Source: Paecilomyces variotii
Lineage: Eukaryota
Assembly: GCA_004022145.1 (NCBI GenBank)
Contig: RCNU01000001.1
DNA: 64,000 nucleotides
Reading direction: 5' to 3' (one strand)
Positions 35,725-49,190 of this stretch are shown piece by piece (within the stretch, counting starts at the first letter, position 1; each line of letters begins with the position of its first letter). The notes below the pieces were generated by a model, which saw nothing but the letters and a program-made list of their open reading frames with translations, did not search any database and was not told where the DNA came from. Position numbers and translations under genes: made by a program.

Positions 35725-37807
35725 GTGGAGGAATGGGATGGGGGATCAAGAAAGCAAAGCAAGCAAAGCAAAGCAAGCGAAGCTCTCCTCTATAAGACGG
35801 TCTCTACTCCTGGTTCGGCCGGCTGGTGTCAGGTCTGGCGGTTCTCGATGTTCCCGAGGTCCCTGGGAAGCTCTTGATGCCGTTGCTTTGCTTATGAGTC
35901 CCGACTGGGTGCGCTTTTTTTTTCCTCTTTTTCTTTGAGTCTCTCGGTCTCTCCACCGGTCAATGCAAAGTGCCGTGATTCTTGTTCCGTACCAAGGTTC
36001 AGAGTAATAGTCAGATACAGTTGGCAGTCACTTTCTCCGGTTTACCGTCGATCCGAGCTGGGATGCATCGGTACTGTAGCTCTTCGGTGAACGGAAGAAA
36101 AGAAACAGCACTAGAAGCCCCGATGGCTTGGCGTCCCACAAAGCTTCAACGGCAGTGGCTGTCTCCTGGCGCATTCATTATTGTTCTGGTAGGGAGCAGA
36201 CTGGTCAAAAATAATTAATGGCGGAATTAATATCTCGCAACACGCATGAATTGGAAGTAGATATCCTTGTTTCTCTAATGATTAATATGTAGCCGTTTAT
36301 ATCCCTCATCATATGATAAATGCTAGATACATCATAATCGCACCTTTCATGAAAGCTTGACTGGGGCTATTTTCAGATACTAGATTTGTTATACCATTTC
36401 CGTCTAAACCACCATCCATTCTCTGTCAGCGAGATGATCTAGGCAAGCGCATGTCGCCCAAGTCTGATCCTTGCTTCACCAGGTTGGAAGAATCCAACCA
36501 CACTGCCGTCTTCATCTTCATCAACCGACTATCGGCGTACCGCATATACCTTCCCGAACCTGCCTGGACCGATGCACCCCCAATATATTCTCTGTTGTGA
36601 GATTCCACAAAGGGGCCACCCACAATTCCATCGAGGCTATCTATACCAGGTCTTATTCGGTGTTTGATTTGCATGAGGGAGCCGCTTTGGTGTGCATGCT
36701 TGAATTTAATCCGAGTTCGTCCAAGTCACAGATGGAAAGAGTTTCACCAGAACAATATCCAGAGCTCTAAAATGCTACCATATATCACCGAAAGATGATT
36801 CTGCTTGATAGATAGGAGGACAAGATAGGAATAATTCCAGAATGGTTGTCGCTTGTGCGGTTGTCTTCCATTCAGTCTTAGGCCCTCTGAAGGCTTGCAA
36901 GGAGACTCTTCTTTCTGGCTCAGCTCTTTGGGCCATAAGATTACTGACTTCGGCAGCTTTGGTCCGGTATTCAGTCATCCAATGGCCGAAGTCGTGCAGA
37001 ATGCGTCTTCTGGGCCCAAGACATAATGGCTCATCAGTCAACTAACCTTCGTTACTCAAGTTGCATGATTTGTAGACTAACCAGTTGAGGTATTAGTGTT
37101 AATACACACTAGAAAACACATGTGAAATACGTACCTTCAGAATACATAACTTGATTTCTAGGACTGGCCGAGCTAGTCAATGATGTGATAGTCTAACCAG
37201 GACAGAGAGTGTGGAACTCTTGTCATGTAGTTTGTGGTACCTTCTGCTGTACTTCTGGGCTCGATGAAAGTTTGTAGATTCAGGACAGAGGCGGATCCCA
37301 CGACGAAATGTAAACCAATAGATATATAGAAACGTTATATAGCAATGGTTTTTAGGGAAGTAGATAAGTCCTACTATATCACCAGTATCTAGCTAGATTC
37401 TTTGTACGCTTAGGAAGTAGTTGACTAAGTATGGAACTTGATGACTTGGATGAGTGGGTGCTTGTGGGTCCAAGAGAGCACCGGATAGAGTTCACGACGA
37501 AGGCCAATATATACCTAGGTAGACAGGCCACCAGAAGCGCGGGAAAATGAATATGTTTCCGCAATCACTGGTGACGATGGTTAATGCTTCTGGTGATAAG
37601 TCCGGGGAAGCCTGGGGCTTGGCGTGTCGGCCCGAGGAAAATCCGCCGATCACCAATACGCCTGACACGGAGGCACGACGCTGCTAGATCGATCATCGTC
37701 GCTGTCGATTATCACCGTTTTGCTGTCAGCTGTAACCAGACCAGCTATTGTGGCCTTGAGCGTTTCATCTCTTCGTTTTTTTCCTAGTCTTCACCCATGA
37801 CCCCTCT

Positions 37808-38878
37808 ATGACAACTCCAGATGCCTTCCGAGATGCAGAATACATCGCTGACGTCTCGAACGTACCGAACGAAAGCGACGGTCCTGACCATGGTCTCATC
37901 AGTCAACAAGCAAATGCAGCCCGTCATGAGGCTACAAAGAAAGCGCAGGCAACAGCGAAGGTGGCCTTCATCGACCGCTTGCTGCGCGATCTCGATATCA
38001 TGATCTATTGCGAGCTTTCCGCTCTATACTATATGGAGTGGGTCTATCCATCTGCGCTTAAATGTACGAGCATATGCCTTTGCTGATAAGATCATCTTTC
38101 GTCATATAGTTGTTCTATCATTTTGTTCGCCGTTCGCGCCATTGTTCAGCTTATCTTCTTCACTCCCAAAGCACCTCCCTTTGAGCCAACGAGGAACCAG
38201 CCGTTCGTTGGAGCCATATTCATCAGCAACCTATTCTGCATTTTAGTACACCTGCTCTCTGCACGACCTGAGGCTGGCGAATCGACTAGGGGCTATTTAC
38301 ATGGGGGGCTGTTCATCGACTTCATCGGCCAGAAGGGTCCTGTGTACAAATTACGACTCGTGGCATTCGATTTTCTAGTCATCGCATTGCATATTCTCAT
38401 GCTTGGTCTCATATTAGAGCGTGTGAAAACAGCATCTAAAAGAGCGACGCAGCGGCAACCCAGGAGGAGTCAGGATCATGATGCGGAGGAGAGAGGGGTG
38501 TTACGACGTGACGATGTAGAAGACCCCGCGGAATCGCCTGCAGAATCACCCAACGACTATGAGCCCAGTCCTGGTGGTACACGCTATGGTACAGCTGATA
38601 GTCCAGAAAGGGCACAACTACTAGCGGACCCTGCTGAAGGTCCTTATAGCGAGCAGCTGAAAGACAATCATCCTTTGGATGCTTTCATGTCTGGAGAAGC
38701 GGTGATCATGGATATGAGCGTTTTCAGTACCATCTTGGACCAATGGCGTTACACTCCAGCCTTGATGTATGCACGGGCATCTGGGAACGCGCCTTACACT
38801 GAGTCGACTAGATTCCTTGGAGAAAGATTCGGCCTCGAAGTCGGGTCGGATGGGCGCGTTGCGCGGGTGTACGGGTAA
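37808..38878 (+). CDS. dscD: DUF1746 protein, Dsc E3-ligase subunit Dsc4/DscD
   Basis: LRDLDIMIYCELSALYYM|DCS..RAIVQ, RGYLHGGLFIDFIGQ, QDHDAEERG. Confidence 0.85.
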
Positions 38879-39232
38879 CTATTGTTTTTACTTTTTTATT
38901 TTTGGGACTCTCGCATACACGGCGTTTAAAATGGAGGGAATACTCACGGATGTTTGTACATGCAATCTAACCTTCTCTACGTTCGTCTCTTCGGATTATG
39001 CAGATGAATGGCCAATTGGACGGCTAATAAACGAGCACCTCTCGAGGCAGCTATCTCGTTGTGTGCATTCAATACTGATCAAGCCAGGAAGAAGTGGCTA
39101 TGTAGGCCGGAAAGCACGTTAGATCTGGTTATAGAGGATCGCAGCCCCTGGGGTTGATAGGCATGACTGGTCATTATATTGTACAGGTTTCACCTCATCC
39201 TAGAAAAAAAGCACCACGTCCCGGACCACTTT

Positions 39233-40276
39233 CTATGAAACCGGGGTCTTCGTGTCATCTTCTCCACCTTCATTCTTGGGCTTGATTCTCCGGTCTAAGA
39301 TCTCGTCTACGATACCCATTTCGAGGGCTTCGTTTGCACCCATGAAGTAGTCACGCTCCATCAGCTTCTCGATCTCGTCGAGCGACAGCTCTTTCTTTCC
39401 TGTCAAGTGTCGTTTGTAAATCTTATTCAGTTGGCTCCTAACCCGAAGGATTTCCTTTGCGTGGATTGCGATATCGCTCGCCTGTCCGAAGTATCCGCCC
39501 GATGGCTGGTGAATCATAATCGAGGAGTGAGGAAGACAGTATCGCTTTCCAGGATGGCCACCGCAGAGGAGAAGAGAACCCATCGATGCGGCCTGTCCGA
39601 CGCAGATAGTACTAACGGGAGAAGCAATGTAGGTCATTGTGTCGTAAATCGCGAGTCCTACAGCCAGCAGCCAGCCGTCAGTTATCCGAATCATTGTAGC
39701 CACGGGCGATAGGAGTTGTACGAACCAGCTGTCACAGAGCCTCCAGGCGAGTTGATGTACAAGTGAATCGGTTTCTCGGGATTATCAGCTTCCAAGAACA
39801 GGAGCTGCGCTACGATCGAGGCGGAAAGCGTCTCGTCGACTTGGCCATTGAGACAGATTATGCGCTCCTGAAGACGCCGAGAAGTCAGGTCTCTTCATCG
39901 AGTACGATAATGTGCCAAGATTCAGCTGTACTCACCTTCAACAGACGCGAAAAGATATCATCTGGTACGAGTCAGCATTGCTTCGACTCCTACTTCGATA
40001 CTGAAATGAAAAGAGTCCGGTCGGGACGCGTACATGTGTGCCAGCCACCTCCCTAAAAGAGACCAGTCAGTGATTTATTCATCAGCTATCGAGCGAGGAT
40101 AGAGCTCTTAAACCTACCACTGTCTCAGTAACGAACGGCGTGGGTGTCCAGCCCCGCGGCGGAAGAACGCTGGATAGCGACGGCACGCAGCTCGAGAAGG
40201 TTCGCGACAACCCTGGCTGGAGGAGACTCCGGCGAGCGACGCCTGCTAGGCTCTGGAGTGGTCTAATTGTATTCAT
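39233..40276 (-). CDS. clpP: Mitochondrial ATP-dependent Clp protease proteolytic subunit
   Basis: [45 protein letters not shown]; presequence; short internal exons. Confidence 0.95.
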
Positions 40277-40886
40277 GCTGATGTGCTCCAGAGCTGAATT
40301 GCTGCTCAGGCAACGGACTGTGTAGAAGTGAACCAGCTACTGTCTCGTTTGGGGTCTCTGGAGTGCTCTCCGAGGCTGCCAAGACTCCCGGTCTCGGAGA
40401 TTTGTGTAGGGAGCTCCCGTTTAGGTAGTTAGCTTGCTCTTTCCATGATCACTACAACAACTTTCTTATTTCTTTAAGTATGGAACCTGTGCGCTTCCAT
40501 ATCTGCCCTTTCAATACTCAGGAAGTATCTCTGCAGTATCCCCTCCAAACCAAAAGCCGTCTTGCCGAGGATTATACCATGTAAAATATAACACACGGCC
40601 TAAGTAGGTACATACTTTGCACCCAAATCGTCTGACGGAAAATCAACACCGATATCGTATTTACTGAAATCGACATACTAAACAGTTTATCTCAGGGGAT
40701 TTCTTGAAGATGTCGTCCGATTTATCGGAATGTACATTTCCACAAACGGCAAAGAAGCCGCAAACGTCCCGTGACACCTCGCGTGGTTTATAATGACCTC
40801 ATACTCTGCCCATCAATAGATTGTAAAACCAATCCGTGAAACAGTCAATTTAACAAACCACAGATTCGCGAAAGAACAATTGAATT

Positions 40887-41500
40887 ATGAGTTACACGTT
40901 CAGGAAGACCCACTGGCCTCCACAGGCGATTGATCCTGCGGTCAAGCATCTCATAGAGCGCTATTATACATTGGCTGATTTCAATGGTCCTGACGCTGGC
41001 GATGTATTAGCAGATGAAGTCTTCACAGAGACTGGAACGATGATAGGCCCTACTCAGAAGTTTTGCGGTTCCGAAGGTGGTCGTTCATCTTTTCGTTCTT
41101 GTATTCTCCTATACTCCGTGAATATCAAGTGAACGTCACTATTAAGTCGATAAACTGACGAGCTCCAGAGATTAGAACATCCCTTAAAGGGCCCGTCAGT
41201 CCTGTTATTTCGCGACGACATGAGATTCTCAGAGTCTACATTGGCGACGACAAAGGATATGATCTCATGCTGATTGGGACCAATATGGCCACCTTGAAAA
41301 GTGGATACGAAATCATTGGAGATTTTGCAGCGAGATTTCTCATTGATGATGAGAGTGTAAGAAAGGGAGCTCCACGTCTGAAGCTCTCGCAGGTCTACAC
41401 GGTAAGTTGTTGCAAAGGTGTATTGTAAGGAACCAAGTTGGCTGATTATTTGATATTTTAGGATACTGCACCAATGGCTGCAGCCATGAAAAATGATTGA
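40887..41500 (+). CDS. Small SnoaL/NTF2-like protein (3 exons)
   Basis: Spliced LIERYYTLAD..LADEVFTETG..GSEEIR..SRRHEILRVY..DFAARF..LSQVYT|DTAPM. Confidence 0.7.
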
Positions 41501-42372
41501 TAAATTTGTATCGCAGAACTTTGGATTGGGAGCTGTCTTACTGAAGCTCTGCATCTTTTCTGTATTCGTGAAGGAGACGAGGGAATATCCATTGTTACTA
41601 GAGTCTCTTGTAATTGCTGCTAAGAGGCGGACAAGGGGCGCCAGATCTAGTGGCTAATGGGTAAGTCTCTGGATTGGATGTGCTCAGTGGAGATTTGATG
41701 GTATCAAATATGGCCTTGTACAGTAGCTAGTTGGCAAAGCTCGACAAAGGTCAATGCGTGCGTGATTTCACCTTCTGGTACTAGTATGAACTACACATAC
41801 GAGGCTGAATGTTCCTCGACCCACACGACAAATATCAAACTCTCCATGCACACAGTAGATCATCCGGCTCCAATTGGACAATAACATACATTTTTCTGTG
41901 GTGGCCTTATTTGGGGGCTAAAGCCCCGCAATGGTTAGTATTGGTGAGGCCCCCAGTCAGTTACTACTACTAGCAGGGCTGAAAGATTTAACCTATCCAC
42001 AAATGGCTGTTTCCCTATCTCTCACAGATATTTGTCCAACGATATTTTCCTGTTAACGCAGCCAAGACCGGAAACCTAATCACGGCAACAAGCCTCAGGT
42101 GGTCTGACAATGCAGTGTTCGATTAGACCCTCAAGGAAGTAAGGCCTGGCCCTGTTGGATCCTAGGGAAAGCATTTCATGCGGTCATATAACCATGAAAC
42201 GGGTATCTGAGAACTGTCAGGGATCCAGCCCTCGGGGGGAGATGCGGGGTATTTAAAGGTCGTAAATTGCGGCCCTGAGGTTAGCTCCCATATACAATTA
42301 TCGTGTCTGTTCTCTCATATTGCGTATATTTCTTACTCCTTATATTAACCGATATATAACACACATAGTACA

Positions 42373-43195
42373 ATGCATGCTCAAAAACCAGTTCTCGTCT
42401 TCATCCCCGGTGCCTGGCACACGCCAGAATATTTCACCGATGTCATCAACAAACTGAAGGTCCATGAGTATGAAACGCATGCTTTACTACTACCTTCAGT
42501 TGGGGGAGCGGGCATTGTCACCGCCACAGATGATGCAGCTTTTATTCGGAAAACTACTACTTCGTTGGTCAACGAGGGCAAGGACGTTCTAATGGTTATG
42601 CACTCATACGGCGGAATCCCCGGTACTGAAAGTACAAAAGGCCTTCTCAAGAAGGAAAGAGAAATCGAAGGGAAGAAGGGTGGAATAGTGGGCTTGGTTT
42701 ACATGACTGCATTCTTACTCCCAGAAGGACAGTCGGTGGGTTCTTTCCTGGGGGGCTATGAGAACTGGATCATATTCAATGTAAACCATATCAGACAACT
42801 ACCAGTGACGGTAAAACATCGGGGAAAGAGTACTAACGGGCATTTAGGGAAATCAAACGACACTCGACCGTGCGCCTGAAATCATGTACAACGACCTCCC
42901 TGTGGAGATTGGCGAAGCCTATGCCAAAAGAACGCTCCACCACTCTGCAGCAAGCTTCGATACACCTTTGACATATCCAGCGTACAAATACCTTCCGACT
43001 ACCTACCTCCTCTGCAAGCAAGACATGGCTATCCCCTTTGCTGGACAGCAGGCTATGGCTTCAATTGCTGGTGAGGCAGCCACAAAACATATATGCAACG
43101 CTGCTCATTCTCCTATGCTCAGCATGCCGGATACGGTTGTGAGTGTGATTCGGGAAGCCGCCGGTGAAATTATTACTGCCAATGGGCAATTATAG
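42373..43195 (+). CDS. Alpha/beta hydrolase (methylesterase-like)
   Basis: FIPGAWH, HSYGG nucleophile, YLLCKQD, AHSPMLS; one intron. Confidence 0.9.
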
Positions 43196-43600
43196 TAGTC
43201 TTCTCTTGAGCTCTCGAATGAGATATGTTATTAGAGATCCTAGGGAATATGAAGATAAATACACACATAGCAGTGATCTCCAATATTAACTGATTCCGCA
43301 GAAGAAGCGTTAAGGACTCTTCGAACGATAACATGCCCAGTGATGAATACCTGAAGTAGTATATGCAAGAAAGTCAAGAACGAGGTATGATTATTCGTGT
43401 TATTCACAATTATGCACAAAGAGAATAGATACAAGTTTCATCATTGAGTTCTCATGGTTGCTCCAGCTCTGTGACTTTATGTCCGTAGATGGCTAGCGCG
43501 ATATCGGCTGCTTTAGCCAACTCTGCGGCGAAGCTCTCATCTTCCCTCATCTTCCCTGAAGGCTTAACGCTAGCACAATAAAAAAAAAGCCACAGAGGAC

Positions 43601-44914
43601 ATGGGATGCCCAAATCGACATCTCTCTTACGCCGCATGGCGGTTACAGGTCTTTCGTCGAATTTTCCTACCGGCGTCTGAGATCCCAAATTCGACATACA
43701 ACTTCCGGCGGAATCTCTCGAGCTCAATTCATCTCCGAAGCGACGCGCGACAGCAGAACGCGCCACCATCGCATGGAAAAAGCAATGGTGTGAACGATGA
43801 CAACCTCTTAGGACACGACCAGCAGGGTTCGCTATCTAATACTGAAAATGCCGCGCTTCGTCCATCCCAATCACTTCCTCAATCCCCGCTTCTGACGAAG
43901 CTCCGAGACCCGTCACAGAAGAAACGAAAGAGAGATCCCACGACAGAAGACGTTGATAGATTGCGGCGGAATCCGTGGGCAGTTGCTTTAGCTTCACCAC
44001 CACGATACTGTATCGCAACTGGCACTAGACTGCCGAAGGCTTTTCTGGGAGACTATGGACTTTTGCGCCCAAATGAGGAGAGCGAGAGTCTCTGGTTCAT
44101 GCCAGTTAGTCTTCTGAAGGATGAGCTGAAAGCTGTGGCCGCAAAAAACCAGACCTCTTCCGGAGGCACAGGCCCCGAAGAACAAAAAAATCCTGTTACG
44201 GCATCGAAGCTCGATCCTCTACGTATGCCGTCCGTCCGGATAGTCGATCGCTTTCATCTACTTAAGGAAGCCACGAGACAGTTCCTTGTTGATCGTCTAT
44301 CTAGAAGGAGGAAGTCTGCTGTCAGCAACATCATTCCTTTTCGATGGAGACATCCACACGGTCCACTGAACAGTCGGTCTGAGAAGAACCTGGTCTGGCG
44401 CGAGGATATGCCAGAGTTCGTGCTGGCACATATGAGAAAGGAGGCAGTGAAGGAGCTGGGAAGAGTCTGCAGACATAATTTGAATATCAACACAGCTGAT
44501 GGTGTCTGGACTGCCTTTGGCCTTTCAGATAGCTCAGAGACGGCGTTAGTTGAAGGTATGAAGCAGCTACCAGATTTTGAGAATATGGAGTGGGGAGGGG
44601 TATTAGTCTTGGGACCTGGTAATGGGGAGGAACACTCGAATAATGCTCAGCCAGCTCGAGAACCTGGCTCATTTGCGTCACCTTTCCCTGACTATATCAC
44701 TCTGCCACAGCGCGGAAAGAAGGTACCCGTTTTCGATCTGTCGGTACTCCTGAGCAAAGAGAACCTGGATGAGTTGAGGAGACTTCATCCTAGGTTCCGG
44801 GAGAGTGCACTTTTTTTCCGGCCTGGTGGAACTACTCCCGTAGAGCCAATGCTGATGTTGTGGAAACTGAAAGGATACGTTATGTACGATAACCAGCACC
44901 CGAGCCGGGACTGA
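43601..44914 (+). CDS. Hypothetical protein, possibly mitochondrial
   Basis: 437-aa intronless ORF; basic N-terminus; NPWAVALASPPRYCIATGTRLP, WREDMP, VPVFDL, LWKLKGY blocks look conserved. Confidence 0.75.
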   Translation: MGCPNRHLSYAAWRLQVFRRIFLPASEIPNSTYNFRRNLSSSIHLRSDARQQNAPPSHGKSNGVNDDNLLGHDQQGSLSNTENAALRPSQSLPQSPLLTKLRDPSQKKRKRDPTTEDVDRLRRNPWAVALASPPRYCIATGTRLPKAFLGDYGLLRPNEESESLWFMPVSLLKDELKAVAAKNQTSSGGTGPEEQKNPVTASKLDPLRMPSVRIVDRFHLLKEATRQFLVDRLSRRRKSAVSNIIPFRWRHPHGPLNSRSEKNLVWREDMPEFVLAHMRKEAVKELGRVCRHNLNINTADGVWTAFGLSDSSETALVEGMKQLPDFENMEWGGVLVLGPGNGEEHSNNAQPAREPGSFASPFPDYITLPQRGKKVPVFDLSVLLSKENLDELRRLHPRFRESALFFRPGGTTPVEPMLMLWKLKGYVMYDNQHPSRD

Positions 44915-45136
44915 TGTCTGCCACTGTACATTAAGAATTGACAGCAACTTTTCATTGAATAATGTATTCTAGATCACGAAGCTGCCAGTATCGGGTATAT
45001 GTGAAATGGAAGCGGAGATCTATGTGTAGCTCTAGTCTCTTTATGTCTTGTGACCGAGGAGGAGCGACGATTCAGCAGCGTGAGCCATTCCAGATCCGCA
45101 GAAATGCAAAGATATGTTGCACCAATGGGAAATCAT

Positions 45137-46377
45137 TTATTTACCTGCCAGGAGATCCGACAGTGCGTCAACGTAAGCTAGGGGACGGCATTCACCTGTC
45201 AAGATGTCGTCCTTGGTGCTGACGCCGGTCAAGACTCCCAGCGTACCGCCCAGCTTACCCTCAATTCCAAATCGAATGTCCGTATTGACGCGGTCTCCGA
45301 CCATGCATGTGCGTTTCCGGTCAAATTTGAATTTGCCCTCAATTGCATCCATCATAGCCTGGCTAGGCTTTCCAAGTGCCACTGGCTCTTTGCCCAGCAT
45401 CATGATAAGGGGCGCGCTGATAGATCCAGCGCCTGGGAACAGAGTACCGGTATTAGGTAAGGTGCTGTCAATGTTGGTCGCGAGGAAGACAGCTCCACGG
45501 CGTATGTAGTGATAGGCCAACGCCAACTTCAGATAGTTGACGTGGAAATCCAGTCCAGCCAGCACGACTCCCACTTCAGGGTCGATGAGGGATGAGTCAC
45601 CGGCAGCGATCAGTTTATAGTCTTCGGGCTTAAACTCGCGGTTATAGGCAGGATCAGTGCCACCGATGTAAGGAATATTTTCCGATGCGAGCTCCTGCTC
45701 GATACCAGTTTCGCCTAGGACAAACACTTTGCGCTTGTTTTCGGGGAGCTGAAGGATACGGGAGATGTATATCGCTGAACTGTATGAAGAGGAGAAGATG
45801 TCTTCCTGTTACAGCAGTTAGTTTGATTGACAGTATCCTGAGATTAAAGGTCGAACGCACCACAGTGCTTGGAATTTGGAGACCGTCCAGTTTCTTCTTA
45901 TAGTCTTTCCGCGACTTCGTGCTGTTGTTTGTAACGAAGACAACCCGCTTGCCTGGTATAGAGAGTCAATTGGTGCCTTTTCCGCTCTCTCGAATGTACC
46001 CCACCTTTGCTTCTCAACATATTTAGTGTCTCAGCGGTACCGGGGAAGACATGATCACCAGACCACAGGACACCTATTTGAAACACATCCTCTCAGTATA
46101 CAATTTCCCATAGAAATGTCGGAATCATTGAACACCAGCGGCCTAAGGTGAACGGACCATCACAGTCGAAGAGGAAGACCTATACAAAATGACCTCAGGA
46201 ATTAGCCAATTGCAGGGCATATGAGAGATTAAACGACGACTAGATAGAACAATGGAGAGGACTTTCGTGCAGCACTTCCGGTCATAGTCTAGAGGGTAAT
46301 ACCCACATCGAAGCGATCCAGGAAGTCCTTGATGCCCTCTGTATTTCCGGTCAGATAGCGTGGTGTGATAGCACTCA
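45137..46377 (-). CDS. PHO13: HAD-IIA 4-nitrophenyl/phosphoglycolate phosphatase
   Basis: FLFDCDGVLW, FVTNNSTKSR, FLATNID, GKPS, MVGDRVNTDI. Confidence 0.93.
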
Positions 46378-47279
46378 TTTTGTCAGAAGCAGTATCAATT
46401 GTTGGACGCGACTGAAATAGAATATGCAACTAGAGCCAGTACCACAAAACAAACTAAAAAGTAAAGATTCCTGCGGTGGTCTATACAAAATACAACAACC
46501 GGCTGTCTATTTTAGCTATCGCGACATCGCCTGATGTCAGTTGCCGCGGGGAGCACAAGATTCTGCCCCGATTTCATCCCGATCTGGCCGAGCGGTGAGC
46601 GAGGGGCAAGAAGAAGATAGCGGGGCGAATAACTCGTGCTACGACCTCCTAGGTAGTTAACTATCACGAATTCGTAAATAGTACAGTGCTAGCTTTGGTC
46701 GTCCTGCGACTGGGCGTAGCTAATTAGGTTTTCTTAACCGAAAGGCTTAAACTACGAAGTAGAGTAGATCGGAGTATATCGGCTCACGTGGTCGAGAGCC
46801 AGCGATTGTCTACTCGATTCGAGCCTCAATACTTAATACACATATTCGACATATATTACCTACTTAACTAGAGTCTACCAAAAACCTATCCATGCAGGTC
46901 GAAGCCGCCTAATTTTGGAATATCTAGTACGCTCAGATTGTTTATCTCCGTGGGTGGTCATATATTGCCAAGGAAAAGGCATGCCAAGTACTCCCTAAGT
47001 AGGTACTGAGCCTCCGAGGAAGTACGGTAATCTAATTATCTTGGTCGAAAATGAGCTTAATGTTACATCCAGAAGACAGAGGCGCGCCGCTATGTACGCC
47101 ACACGCTTGTTGATTTCCTTAGCGACTCGGATGTGCCCCTATTGATTTCCCCGATACCTGTCGCTTTGCATTTGCTCAGTGTATATACTCCGTAGTCTGC
47201 TATGTTGTGCGAACGTCGTTTTGCTTCCTCAGTTGCCCTTTAGATTCTGTACTATAGTCGCTCGTTTTTGCTTTACAAA

Positions 47280-48314
47280 ATGATTGCAGCCACTTCCACT
47301 GTTCTACTTGGAACCCTCGCTAGCGTTGTCACTGCGCAAACCGTCGACATTTTTCTCCCCGAATATGGAAGATATTCGGACTCTTTGGTCGCTCAGAGTG
47401 TTGGAGAGGTATGGAAGTTCAGTAACTTCCTGAAATGGGCGCATCGCGCCGCAAGTGTCTCTGCTAACCATCCGACTGAAACATTCAGAATGCCGGTGTA
47501 ACATCCTATCTCATTGAATGCGGTCCTCAAACTGTCACTTCGATATCCTGCTTCGCGCAGCCTACCGGAGTCGGTCGTGATGGCGAAACACCCCCTATCT
47601 GTACTGGCGATTCATCCTATAACACCTACACCAGAGGCTCTTGTGTCGCCGCAGGTGCGACTCTACTCGAGGGTCCCTCTACCATCGTTTTTATCAATCC
47701 TAGCGACAATGGCGTCTCGATCGACTGCTCAGTTGCGGGCACGGTGTCAGCTGTGTGGTAGGAATTCATACTTTAACCTCATCAATAACAAACTAGCTGA
47801 TCTATATCTTCTATATAGCACGCAGACCTTCAGCGACCTTGGTCATGAGAAAGTCTGGGTTGATACCATTTCCGGCGAGGACTTTTCCTTCTACCACGTT
47901 CCGCTCACTACTGGCCTGACTGCAAATGGCCCTCTTCCAACACTCAATGCTGGTGGTCAAGCAAGCACAAGCAGCGCACCGCCAGTAACTTCTTCTGCTA
48001 TCAGCCTTTCTCCGAAAATTACCGCATCAATGGCCGCTCCTAGCACGACGCCCAGCACGACGTCCAGTACCACGCCCAGTACTACGCCCAGCGCAAGCAC
48101 CACGTCAAGCAATGCTGCAGTTGCAAGTAGCAGCTCATTCAGTCCGCTCAACAATACGACCTCGAATGCGACCAAACCGGCAACCAATGGTTCTTCCAAC
48201 ACAACTACCGTCACACCTATTGCTACCGAGGCCATCAGCGGAGCAACAGCCCTAACCCTGTGGGTGACGGGGGCTGCTGCCGCAGCCGTGGTCGCTGCTG
48301 CGGTTATAATCTGA
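47280..48314 (+). CDS. Secreted Ser/Thr-rich, probably GPI-anchored cell-wall protein
   Basis: Signal peptide MIAATSTVLLGTLASVVTAQ, Cys-containing domain, STTP repeats, hydrophobic C-terminus; two introns. Confidence 0.8.
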
Positions 48315-48836
48315 TCTGGCATTGACTTCTTGAAAAGGGCCTGAAGGAATCCGAAGATGGTAAGTTTGGACGTATACTAGATCTATCAATACTTTGATGA
48401 TAGTGAAGATAGCAATTATATTGTGATGTCCTTAACATTCAATATACTAAGTAACGGTGGATCCGATTATCTGCTTGCTGGTATATCACGTCATGAGACA
48501 TAAAGAGCTGAGTCAAAAATTATGGGATAATGTATTCACGTAAAAAAGCAATCACGTCCTACATCAAAGTGACAGATCACCCTGGTCATTCCCTATCTAG
48601 AGAGCCTGGCGGAACTCGCCCACAAATCGTTCTTAACGAGCTCCACCCGTAGGGATAAATAGCCTGAACTTTCTAGAGATTCCAAGCACCAGGCAACTCC
48701 AGTTTGTCAGAAAAGTATATATCCAGTCCTTATAGAGACCTACACTTTCACTTTTCTGGACTCTGTCGGGTCCTTCACTTCTCTGCCCTTTTATAAAGGC
48801 ACAGACACCAAAATATTACAAGAAAATATTAGTACC

Positions 48837-49190
48837 ATGGTTGTACCTGTCTGTTATATCATTGCATATGAAGGACTCGACGAGATATATAATGCTGATT
48901 GATTCCTTGCAGCATTTGGGCTTCATCGATAATGATGGTTTATATATACTACAGCTTCGGCGCATTGAGTTAGCCATACTACCTCAGACCTTACTCTTAC
49001 TTTCTTTGTTAGGTCTGTTTAGAACATTCTATCCTCACTCGTCGTTCTAGCTGCAGTCCAAATGGCTCCTGTTAAGTCCATGCAGATTCCACACACTCCC
49101 AGTGATCCTGACCAGCCTGCCCAGACTTCGCATACTCCTTCGGAGCCTGACAGCTACATCGCACACTCGCACACTCGCAACTGGGTTTAA
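48837..49190 (+). CDS. Candidate small peptide gene with two HTPS(D/E)PD repeats
   Basis: TATAAA near 48793; ORF 49062-49190 MAPVKSMQIPHTPSDPDQPAQTSHTPSEPDSYIAHSHTRNWV*; possible in-frame upstream mini-exons 48837-48842 and 48913-48937. Confidence 0.45.

Noticed and set aside
35750-35780. (AAAGC)n repeat
   Set aside because: Simple microsatellite in the IPP1 leader; no spacers, so not CRISPR-like
48249-48258. CCCTAACCCT telomere-like word
   Set aside because: Single copy inside a coding region; not a telomere or telomerase template
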